Shown here: piece by piece, positions 38,056 through 49,549 of the stretch
How the letters are laid out: every line of letters starts with the position of its first letter
Position numbering within the stretch: position 1 is the first letter of the stretch
Source of the DNA: Phoronis australis
Taxonomy: Eukaryota > Animalia > Phoronida
Assembly (NCBI GenBank): GCA_002633005.1
Contig: NMRA01000287.1
Span: 329,808-393,807 of the forward strand
DNA length: 64,000 nucleotides
Direction of reading: 5' to 3'
Notes under the pieces: model-generated
Databases searched by the model: none
What the model was told of the DNA's origin: nothing
What the model saw: the letters and a program-made list of their open reading frames with translations, nothing else
Made by a program: the position numbers and the translations under genes

Positions 38056-38158
38056 GAGAACTCAGTCAAAATATGTGGAAAGGAAAGACAATGCATGCCT
38101 GACCTCTATTGCCGCTCGGAATGTCTGGAAAAGGAACCGTGCAACTGTCACCAGTCAG
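38056..38158 (+). CDS. Exon 2 of the PAN-domain gene: 6-Cys module
   Basis: cttttcctcaag|GAG phase-0 acceptor and G|gtattg phase-1 donor. Encodes ENSVKICGKERQCMPDLYCRSECLEKEPCNCHQS. More conserved than its flanks against the 17042 paralog. Confidence 0.72.
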
Positions 38159-39074
38159 GTATTGTGCTGAATGTTACATTTCATTTCCGAGGATCCCTTC
38201 CTTACGACAATTTATGCAGATAAGTTAACGAAATTGAATTTTGTCTTCTATTGGCCAATAAGAATAGCTTATAACAACAAAAACAGGCAATCACAGACAA
38301 GGTAACAATTTTCTGGTAGCCGAGTAAATCATTTAATGTTTCCGAAAGTGAATGACACTCCATGAATGTACAGGCATGGTCAATGGGCTCATGAATATTT
38401 CTAAAATTATTTCAAACGGAGTAAATTATGATAACTGGAAAAATCTTGAAAAGGATATTTTCACCAACATCAGACTAGGAGACGGCAGACAATAGTTTTA
38501 GGTTACAAGTATATTTTGCTGTTCTATTTGCTTACTAGCAGATGGCACTTGGTTGACGTGACCCATAAGCCAGCCTAGTGATGACGCAATTTGTTTACAA
38601 CAGAATGCAAGCGAGCTTTGGACGGAAAGTAACTTATGAGGTCAGGCAAATGATGACAATATTTGGAATAAAAATACTAGATTACATTCCCTAAAGTAGT
38701 GAGACATCCTGTTTCCGCTTTTGCAATGTCGCGTGACAATTAGCGTTGAAGTTTTCAGTCTTAGTCGGCATACAATTGTCAGCAGTGTACGGGGCATGAA
38801 GCTTATCACGATGCAAAGCAAAACAGTGAGTGGAGAGTTTGTTCTCAAAAATGATTCTTGAAACAGCATATTTAATAACATGGTGTAATGCTGTTCTTTG
38901 CGTATTTTCAAGCATACGTTCGAAATCAACTTTGGTCCAGATTTGATAAATACGCAATACAAGTGTTGCTTAAAGATGGTATTAAAATGTCCCAAGGTCA
39001 ACCACAATTTGAAAGATCAAAGAAACAAAGCACAGGGGGCTGCCTCACGCTGCCCTTAACGTTGTTTTAAGTAA

Positions 39075-39980
39075 AGAGGTGAGTAAGTGGGAGGATAGAA
39101 CCTAAATGCGTCACAATGTGTCCCACTTTTCGATGTGCATCAGGAAGCCTCGTTTGTAAAACATACAAAGGAAATATCGAGTCTTGGGTATAGGTAAGCA
39201 AGACAAGAAATTGTTGCCATGGTGACGGAGTAGTCATAGGTTGGAATGTCCCTTTTCATTAAGTGATTTAGAGCTTATGTGAAGGCAAAAGATCTAGGAT
39301 AAGCTAGATCAAAGTTTTCAAGTCAAGTGAAAAGTATTTTGAAGTGCTGAATTCTACTTTGATCAAGTATGGTGTGGAAGACAAAGCGTGAAAATACTTA
39401 TTGTGAATGAACCCAGTATGACGACCAGTTACAAATCTCCATACATTGTCGCCTGAAGCAAAACGAAGTGTGCGCCTCAAGTGGTCACAGCAACGAGATC
39501 AGGCAACAAAAAGGTACACGTGATAAAAATGCACAAAAGATAACAAAGAAACGGGTGAAAAAAGTCCCAGAAAACTGCGAAGGCAGGTGAAGAGAATAAC
39601 AGCAGCAAAAGTCAAGTTCACAAACCACGAAATGATATTAAACCGGGTTCATCAAGATTAAGGCCCCCATGAGGGCCCCCATGGAAAGCAGTGTGAACTG
39701 ATGGAGCAACCATCATTGCAAATATTACATTAATAAATAATAATAAATAAATTAAAGTCATCACACGCCCCATAATTCAAAAGTGAAAACGGAGAGGACT
39801 CGAAAGCAGATTATGAGGACAGTCGCTGAGTCTGTAACAAGTGGTCACCAAAGCGACTACGTCAGTGTGCGATCATTAATTGGGCAAATGTGAAGACTGC
39901 AGCCACTGAACTCACTTAAGGTTTTGCTGTGACGTGACAGCACTAAGGCGACACGACAGAATTCTCTACCCTTGCCATGT
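39075..39980 (+). pseudogene. pogo-like (Tc1/mariner superfamily) transposase relic with C-terminal PHD-like finger, DDE core deleted
   Basis: Fragments VSGRIEP, PLFDVHQEASFVKHTKEISSLGYR*ARQEIVAM (CENP-B-type HTH), YFEVLNSTLIKYGVEDK, PQVVTATRSGN, then VCNKWSP..INW / CEDCSH*THLRFC. Confidence 0.6.
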
Positions 39981-40003
39981 CGTACCATGCCGTCAGCTCC
40001 AAG

Positions 40004-40487
40004 AAGAGTAACAAGTAACCACTAGGATAGGCTATGTTAAAACATTTCATATTGATGTATTAAATACCAAGCAAGTTATTTATTTACAACTTTTAAAGAG
40101 ATTAGCCGCAGAAAAGTTTATTGTTGGTTATTTCATGTTAACTGGTGTAAGTAAAAAGGGATAAATAACAAGTACAAACGGTTTTTATTCTTATCTAAAA
40201 TCGTTGTTTACAAAAAACAGAATTTTGATTGGCCTTATTCTGTTTTACCGTTTATAACAAGAGTAACAAGTAACAAGCAGGATAGGCTGTGCATAATACA
40301 TAGCAAGTTATTTATTTACTGTATTTAAAGAGATTGGCCAAACCAAAGTTTATTTTTGGTTATATTATGCTAACTAGGCTAATCAAAACTATATTATTAA
40401 AAATACTAACTGTTTGTTTCGTATCTAAGATTGGTGTTTACAAAACTCACAATTTTGATTGGCCTTATTCTGTTTTACCGTTTATAA
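40004..40487. repeat. Two-copy tandem repeat, unit ~230-255 bp
   Basis: aagagtaacaagtaac...aattttgattggccttattctgttttaccgtttataa occurs at 40004 and 40259. Confidence 0.9.
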
Positions 40488-41077
40488 GAGGGCGAGACGT
40501 TCCAGACTTCATCGCCTCAAAGAAAATGTCCGGCATTTCCATATGTCATGCAAAAACTCTGCCTGTGAAATTGAAAACTACTTTTAACATCAAGGACAGT
40601 TGAACATTTGTGGGGATTTAATCACGTTTACCACAACAAATAATCGGTTACTGAAAGAGATCGGTAGGCGCGCCAACCAACTGTCTTATAGCTTGAATGT
40701 GGTTTCACCACTTTTGGTCCTAGATGTGGGATTAGAAAATAGATATCGGTTCCAGAGCATTCTACAGCGTTGTTTTTGTGTCCAGAATTACGAACGAGTG
40801 TGTTACCGGTAAAAAATTTCTGACCATTTTAAAAGAATATAATATACCAGAGCACAGATTGAAATCATTTGTTTGAGATTTTGTATCAGGTTAACGTTAT
40901 TGTTGTCCAGAAATTAGAGACGTTATTGTTTGAAGAGTTGTAACAGTTTGTGTGATTCAGACTTCAAAACACATTGTAATTATCGCGTTCAGTCCATGTC
41001 TTCATAGGACAATATTTCTCTATATCTTTGTCTTAACAATTTTGGGATAACATGCAATATCAATTTTGCACATAACC

Positions 41078-41135
<58 letters not shown>

Positions 41136-41236
41136 TGTGTGTTTATATGTATGTATTTGTGCGTGGGTGTGTGTGTGCGCGCGTGTGTGCGTGGGTGCAT
41201 GTGTGCGTGCATGTGTGTGTGTGCGTGTGTGTGTAT
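41078..41236. repeat. (TA)n(TG)n compound microsatellite
   Basis: Directly visible. Confidence 0.96.
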
Positions 41237-41568
41237 GATATTGACGTTTATATATACGTTATTAGATGGCATAGTCGTTATCGACTTGCTTATGTTCAGT
41301 GACTAGTCACGAAGAGCACAGGTTGCGATCCACTGAAATATTTGCATCAAGTGATACACCAAGAACCTTCTTTCAGATATGGGTTATCCTTTTTGTTGAC
41401 ATATACTTCAATGTAGCATGTATTCTCGGCGCCATTACCCCTCAACAGTCAAGGTTCAAAACCTAAATAATAAAAGTGATGGGACTTGCAGTGGAAATTC
41501 GATCAGAATTTTTGCGTATTTAAAGCACAGATAGCCTAGGATAGAAGGATTTGATCTACAAACATTAA

Positions 41569-42475
41569 AGGGTTCCCACCATGACCCTGTGTTCCCAAAA
41601 AGTTTTATTAACACATCTTAAGAGATTCTATAGCCTTTAGTATACCTATTGCTAAGTATCAAGCCAAAAATTTAAAAAAAAATTTTGTAATCATGTTGTA
41701 CTTAATTGGTGGAAGACCATCTCCGCCGTTGTTGTTTTTACCAGTGAGATACTGAGAAGTTGTGAGGAAAGTACGCCTTTTTCAGATATGAAAAGGTGCG
41801 TCCGTGGAGGCTCTAGTAACAGCAACGTGACCGAAAACGTCTCTGTGTTCAAATTTCCTAAATAGGTGAAAGTTGCACAGAAATGGCAAAATGTTGCGCG
41901 TTGTACCAGAGTGGGATGTCAGCGTAGAATATGCGATTCAGTCGTGAGCCATGTGCACTTTGTTCGGCACAATTCAAGGAATCGTGTTTCGATCAAACAC
42001 AAAAGCGGCGTTACGATGAAGGTCTCGCCACCTTGTACACGTAAGTGTACATTTATTTGTAAATTTCATAAATAACGAAGAAACTGCTTCCATTCCACGG
42101 CGAGTGATTCCAGGCCCTCGTCCCCGGCCCAAACCGAGTGCTACGACACGAAGGCTATTGTATTTAGACCGTACTCATTCCGAATGACCCATTTGTACTG
42201 TGGCGTTTGTCAATGATTACTACATGTATGTGTCTATTTTTTGATACTGACCACCCCGTGTTTTAGTTGGTTGTGGCTCACATTTGTCAGTGGCATTTCT
42301 AGTGCAAGTGGGCTCAAGTTCCTACGGCCTCAAAGGCGACAAAAGTTCGCTATGTGGGAAATCGAAATCGCGACTATTTGCCATAAAAATGCTTACTTTA
42401 TTAGATTTTATGGCATTCATTTCATAATAGTTAACTGAAACCTCAAAAACTAAGGAAATGCATGGTGGGAACTCT
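41569..42475 (+). mobile_element. Second Kolobok-type non-autonomous element with decayed THAP
   Basis: TTAA|agggttcccaccatg...catggtgggaactct|TTAA. From 41788 it reads MKRCVRGGSSNSNVTENVSVFKFPK*VKVAQKW...HVHF. Confidence 0.82.
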
Positions 42476-43700
42476 TTAAGCATTTTTCTTCTATTAGCAT
42501 TTCACGACAATTGTCTAAAATTTGCTAAACTGGTGTCACCACTGATCAGTTTTCAGAAACTAAAATAAATTCAGTTATTAATCATTCCACCTAGGTGTTT
42601 GAATAGGTTATATGAGCGTGAAACAAAATTTGAACAGGGCCGGTTACACTGAATGAACTTTGTAATCTCGGAATATGATGGAAGTATTGACAGTTAATTT
42701 CAAGACCGTGTAACTAAGTACAGTCACAACCTTTAAAATAGATTCAAATCGACTTTGTTAAACATGCATGTATTTCATTCAACTTTCCTTTACTAGCAAA
42801 TGTATAGTTCAATTATTTCCTAGCATAGTGAACAAAAATCAGAACGCGTCATAATAGCCACGATCTAGGGATATAATAATTAATAAAATAAATCGAAACG
42901 AAGTAATCAGGCTGATACGCAACAAGACATTAGATTCCTATGACAAGAGTAAAATAAAATCGAATCGATCACACAACTAATTATGCAACGCGGTCAACGC
43001 CCAATTACATGGCAGGCATCACAGCTACAAATGCCAAGGCAATTATCTATCTAATGGCACATACGTGTACTAACTTCATTCCAAATTTACAGAAAACTGT
43101 GACACGACTAACACTGACCTTTACAATAAGAAATACCGTCAAACTGCACTAATTTGCACATAAAGAGGATCCAACCTACCCCCACAATCAAAACAACAAC
43201 ACTTGTCAAATGCTCATGGAGGTAACCAGAGATATGCGTTAATAACCAGACCTGGTTTCAACCCAATCTACATAGGAATGGCAAAATAAGACACGCAGTT
43301 AACTACAACTGTAGTAGTCTCCGGCTCAGCGATGCAAGGAACTAACACAAACCATTGCCACGGGTTTGAACCCTTGTAGTTACACCTCTTTTAATGATAG
43401 TTTTTTCAAGAAAATAAAACCATTTTTCTGACCTTAAGATCCAGAAACATGTTTCATGTATAAGATAGACATTTTATTTTTGATGTTGTGACTTTTCAAA
43501 AACTGAGAATTTTGGAAAATTCTCAACAGGCTGAGTTTGGCCTTTCCGAATGAGAAAGCCAAAGCGGGCCATATAATTTGTTAATATGAAACACGTGTTT
43601 TTTGAGAAGATTGGGCTAGTTTAGTACGTACCTGAAGTAAAACTTTTGCATTTTTAACTGCTGAGTGTCAGCTCATACAGTCGGTTTATATGAAACGAGA

Positions 43701-43860
43701 TAGGCGCGAAATTCTTGCCTCCCAAAACGTCACTTCCAGTGTAGAGGACGAGTAATTGTTTAAGTTACAAAAAGCTGTAAATAACTGAAAAAAATGTCTG
43801 GGATAATCAAAGAACTTTATTTTTGCTAAAACAACATAAACAGATTGCCTTTGCCTTTAG
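43701..43860. mobile_element. Older solo terminus of the Kolobok family found at 36229-37926
   Basis: ggcgcgaaattcttgcctcccaaaacgtcacttcc...ggacgagtaatt...ttgcctttgccttta is colinear with 37769-37930. Confidence 0.8.
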
Positions 43861-45131
43861 CCTGTAGTCTTACTTACTACACCTTGCACCATTTGACTAC
43901 GTAGCGAAAGGTATCACAACAGTTTAATACGAAATGCACTACAGACATCATGTTTTGTATACGTTAATAATTTTGAAGGTATTTCTTTGAATTTAGAGTG
44001 TTTTGGTACCATCAGAAATTCAAGAGACATTGACCGGAGGCCAGAGTAACGAGCCGTTTTGCGCTGCCCTTAACTGTTTTCATTAGCAATTTTTCTATGT
44101 AGTCTGCTAACAACATACCCTTTAAATTGGTAGTGCTGGGGTAGTAGCGCAAAGGGATAGGACAAGAGCGAAAGTGGTGACGCTTGTGTAGGTTCCAGGA
44201 GGCAACTTGGTCCCTAAAAAAATTACGAAACGCGATTACAATCATACGCTGTACACTGGGGCCGAGTGAATTGCAAAGTGTTACTTAGATCAGTCCATGG
44301 AATACCCTACAGCAAAGTGTAGCACGTAGCTATTACAAAACAAATAACTCGCACATTTCAACGAGTTTGGGCAATCGTCTCTTATCTCTTATCTGCCCAG
44401 TTGGTTAAGCGAGAATACGTTTAGGCTAAAGAATTGCACGCAGTGTTTCCTTGAGTGGCCAGAAAGAAGTCACAGACTTCATACACTTTTTTGCCATTTA
44501 TAACCTGAATTTGCTGGATAAGTGTGTACCTAAGAAGCTGCCTTTGTAATGGAGTCTCATATAACAGGCCTGAAAGTAAATACACCAACAAGTATGAAAC
44601 GCCCTATTCCCTTTCATTTACGTAAACCACACCATCTAGGCCATAATGGCCATTATACATGATTCCAAACAATCTTGACAAATTTTTGTCTACAGTTGCT
44701 GTGTGAGAGCTCGTAATATGTGTACTATGAGGTTATAAATCTAATGACTAAGGCTTTGGTTAGACATGTGTGACTGTCATGTTTTGAATTTTCAGAAGCC
44801 CTGTATCGTGTTGTCTGCGAATAATTAGCTGATGGTGATTTTGATGTCATCTGAAGCTTTCTCTCAACATAAAAAATTGCTGCTGTAAATATCAACCCTA
44901 ATTTTAACAACGTTTAAAAGTACAAACAGTTTGTCCATTTTCCTTCATTTCACAGCAGAAAATCTCATTTGATGATACACAAATGTATAAAGTACGGAAT
45001 AAATCAAAATTTATGAGCATAAAACATTACATTACAACACACAGCTATGTTTCCTGTCTGTATTACACGGACGACTAATTTGAATTTATCCCCGAACAGA
45101 CCCCAAACTCCAGTGACCGATCTTGGTAAAT

Positions 45132-46966
45132 GGGGCTATTCGGAGAATTCTCCTCGCGGTGTCGCTGCTGTACTAGTGGTGATTGAATTGCGCATGCGTG
45201 GCTGTCTGCATGTAAACAACTGGTAAAAGATGGAATTTTTATCAAAATACGTCGTCGCGCTAAGCCTTATTACTGCTAATTTCCCTGGTGCAAGTCTTCG
45301 ACAGATGGCCACAAATTCCCAAAAGACCTAAGGTTACTATATTCGTCGACAATTGCGGTCAACAGGGTCAACTAACTGACAAAAAATGTGTGGATGCTGA
45401 AGCCCCGTGTGTGCTCTATGTCTATGACTATGCAGTTCCATTCGGAGACTACACAACATTACTTGGTAAGTTTTTAGCAATCAGTTTCTATCAACATCGT
45501 TCGGTGATGTTATCCCCACCAGTNNNNNNNNNNNNNNNNNNNNNNNNNNNNNNNNNNNNNNNNNNNNNNNNNNNNNNNNNNNNNNNNNNNNNNNNNNNNN
45601 NNNNNNNNNNNNNNNNNNNNNNNNNNNNNNNNNNNNNNNNNNNNNNNNNNNNNNNNNNNNNNNNNNNNNNNNNNNNNNNNNNNNNNNNNNNNNNNNNNNN
45701 NNNNNNNNNNNNNNNNNNNNNNNNNNNNNNNNNNNNNNNNNNNNNNNNNNNNNNNNNNNNNNNNNNNNNNNNNNNNNNNNNNNNNNNNNNNNNNNNNNNN
45801 NNNNNNNNNNNNNNNNNNNNNNNNNNNNNNNNNNNNNNNNNNNNNNNNNNNNNNNNNNNNNNNNNNNNNNNNNNNNNNNNNNNNNNNNNNNNNNNNNNNN
45901 NNNNNNNNNNNNNNNNNNNNNNNNNNNNNNNNNNNNNNNNNNNNNNNNNNNNATATATTTTCGTGGTTTTACAATTGATACAAGTAGCAAAACAGTTTCA
46001 TGAAATCAACTTGAAGGGACTTCGTGAAGGTTAAGAATTACCTCACCATGCTCTTTTCCCCAAACATGTATTACCTGTTATTTCCACACATTCAGTTGTA
46101 CCAAATATTACAACCCCCCATGCCAATCCCCCCTCAGGACCTGAGTAAGTAATTTAACAAAAGGACTTTAAAAATAGCTGTTCCTTTTCAAAGGCTTTGT
46201 TCGTTGTCTCCAATATTGAAAGTTGGCTTTGACAACAGATCTGCACTGTTGGTTAGCTGCAGTCAAATGCTAAAAATCAATTTTTGTCCATTCAGGGACG
46301 GTGCAGAAGCGATGCATATCTCCTCTGCACGGTACAAACCTTCAAACCTAAAAACCAAAGGTTACGTGAAAACTGACGTGGTAGATTTCCATTTCAATGT
46401 GTAATAGATTTCCAGAAGACATATGATATGGAGTAAACAAATAGTCTAATGCAATGGATATTTATCACCCACGTACCCTTTGCCATTGGGATTGGATTGT
46501 AATCTTAACTCTTTAACCTGTATCGAGTTGACAGCATAAACATTCAGCATTGATTGATGTAACTGTCACTGATAAACTTTTAGAAATCATAATAATGCTT
46601 TGATGTACGAAAAGATCGCGATTGCTACGTCAAGTATCGTATCACATATCACAACATACAAAGATTAACCAGACTCTGGCTGGCGACTGACTGCCGCGAA
46701 GTCGACATCGGCGAGTGCCTCAGTTAACAGGCATCGGTAGAATAATCATGGAATAATCGTTAAAATAATCACAAACCTTACCTTTGTGTGAGGTCGTGCT
46801 TACTTCCTCTCATAGAAGCACCCTATTTACGCAATCTCAGATTCAGTTGGCACGGCTGCAAGCCATTTCACCATGTATTTAAAGGGCTCGCGAAATCGAG
46901 GCTGTTAATCTATCACCACTAGTACACGCACGCCCTCTAGTTATTGCAGATTTTCCGAATAGCCCC
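45132..46966 (+). mobile_element. ISL2EU-like (PIF/Harbinger-related) deletion derivative spanning a gap
   Basis: AT|ggggctattcgga...tccgaatagcccc|AT. + strand THAP relic HKFPKDLRLL..IAVNRVN*..VW..RVCS (~45310-45418). Convergent SAP-like relic QLNLRLRK*GASMRGSKHDLTQR|gtaag on the - strand (~46782-46850). Confidence 0.65.
45524..45952. other. Assembly gap
   Basis: Run of N. Confidence 1.
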
Positions 46967-48307
46967 ATTGGCCAGGCCTACCGAACTTCGTAGGCTACGA
47001 TACGTTCAAATACCGTAATAGCGAAACAAAATAACACATTCGATTTAATTGCAAGGGTTTTACATCGAATTTTGATGATTTATTGGTGTCAAACTTTGAA
47101 TTCAAGCAATAAGCTGACACCAGTATGCCTGTTTTGAACTGCTGAATAGACTGCATTCAAACGTTTGACGTCATTGGTTAATTTCAACAGCTCTGTCTGC
47201 CGTCAAGTGTCAGGTAAAAGAGCTGTACTTGCTGTTATCTAGTGGAACAACTCGATCTAAATTGATAGCAACTAGGTTGTTTTTGGGTGGCATTCTCCTT
47301 TAAATTCCTCATTTCTCTTTTCCAGTGTTTGACAAGCATTTACCAGTATTGCATCAGAGCATCAACACGAACTATGACGTCAAAGGAATGGGGCACGTGA
47401 CCATAAGAGGAAAGCACTACTTAGTGATTGCCAACGCGTGAGTAAATAGATGTATCCAGCGACTGGTCGCACTTGGTTTCCAGAGTTCACACTGTCGTAG
47501 CTTCTCAAGGTCCGTTATTCTAAATGTATTTAGTACCCATCTATCTATCAACTCGCGTTGGAAGGAATTGCTGAAACAGAAGAGATACCGTATCTCAAAA
47601 AATTGTCTCACGTTTTACATTTGCGACACATTAACCGATATCCATAATCTTATTAAAGACTAATTCTTAAAACAAACGTTTGATTTGAAATGGACTAAAA
47701 AGAAATAGCAGCAGACTTATACAGAGACAACTTTGCTTACAGACAATAATGAAATGACATGTAGAGTGGACATGTACTCGGATGAACATCGTGTAACCCG
47801 ACACAGCTATTGTACATGTAACAGTCACCAAATAACAGCTTCCATCTTTTTTAAACTTAATATGATGGAAAGCATGAGGATAAAACATATGTAAACCACC
47901 CTCTCACTCGTGACAAGACAGCTTATTCTGGAGAAAAAGACTGAGGTTGCAGTTTACAGTGCACTGCATCAGTTATGCACATTCCTGTTATAACAGAATG
48001 GTTTCAACATCCAGAAAAGATAGAAGGGTGACTTTCGTAGAAGTGTCTTATGCACCGCGCGGCAATGTAGTCAGGCGGTTAAAACGTGTCAGGTCACATG
48101 AATAAAATTCTGAAGGCAAAGTCATGTTAGAAGAAAGCAAAACATATCGCTATTATCCCAAAGCGACACCGATCACTGTCCGATAACTTCCAAACTCAAA
48201 AATTCAAATTCACAGTTAGTAACGTTTTAAGTTCTTCAAGCTCTCATTGTGATAATGAGGTAACTAAGTAGGTTAGTGTACATGTATATGTTGTTTGCTA
48301 AATAAAG

Positions 48308-49549
48308 AACCCCTTACACCGGAGGTGCAGTGCTCATACGGCATAAACTGCACTGGCACAGCCATGATCGCCGTGGTTCCGCAGTGGTTCCGCCACTGAT
48401 TGCCGTAGCCCCGCAGAAAACTGAAACAAAACCGCGGACCTTCGCTGTGGCACGGCGGAACATTTTCAAAACTTCAGCAGTGCCACCGCTGGTTGGGCCA
48501 ATCTGCAGTGGGATCGCAGCAACACCGTCATGACCGCCGTGGCCCCTCATAATGACCGCAGCAGCACCTCCATCACCCCCGTGCTTCCGCAGTAGAACCG
48601 GCTTGCTATCAACGAAAACCTAGATTGGCTACCCTACGGCGATCCCCCGTGGCGACTCTACTGCGGTTATGGCGGTGCTACCATGATGCTACCACGGGAG
48701 CACTGCGGGTACGGGGGTCCCTCTGCGGACGAAGGGAGGAATTTTAGAAAGTTTGCCGATCTTACTGAGGTGCCACTGCGTTCCTGCGGCGGTTCCGGAT
48801 GTGTTATTGAGGTGCTTGTGCGGCATTGGCGTTTCCACTGAGGTTGCACAGAGGTGCTTTAACGGTGCTACTGCAGGCCTATTTTGTAGTATAATAGCTT
48901 CGGTTTACTGCATACATGTCAATGATCAAAAATCTTCAAGCAGTTCAGATCGACAGTCAGTATTTGAAAGTTCAACAGAATGACAGATATGTGCAGCAGC
49001 GGCAGGCTTTTCCTATTCCGATAGTTTGTCCTGTTGTAGCACGTTTCGGGAGCATCACTAAGTGATAGTATCAGAAATAATAATAATAGTATTACGAGTA
49101 GTAACAGTAGCAACGTCCTTAGCAGGCGCGAAAATGGTAACGAGTTCCATCGAAAACCACCTCCCATATATAGCCACTGCGCGGACGTCGTGAAGCCGCC
49201 CTGCTGCCGCGAGCCCACCACAGTAGCCATGCAGTAGTACCGCCTTCCCCCGCAGTGGCACCCCACTGGCCCCGCAGTGTTGCCGCCAATGATCACCGTG
49301 GCCCCACCTTCATTCCGCAGTGGTAACTATAACTCAATTTGGTAGCCATGTCCGCAGTGACACCGCCGTGGTTCCGCCAACGTTCCCCAGTAGCACCGCG
49401 AAGAAAAACGCATGTGCGACGATTTGACGGAAACTACATGCATAGCAAACATCACGAATTTTTGTCCGACTGGTCGGCTAGGATTCAATTCGGTGATGGC
49501 GGTTTTGATCAAAAGGTAGTGGCACAGTGCATCTGGTGTGACGAGGGTT
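48308..49549. mobile_element. GC-rich Harbinger-like MITE
   Basis: Eroded TIRs aaccccttacaccggaggtgca / tgcatctggtgtgacgagggtt. Many ccgcagtg/cactgcgg subrepeats in both orientations. Sharp GC rise relative to flanks. Confidence 0.6.

Noticed and set aside
45288-46034. Long ORFs of 248 and 169 aa (and those at 57539-57951)
   Set aside because: They are open only because they run through N gaps.
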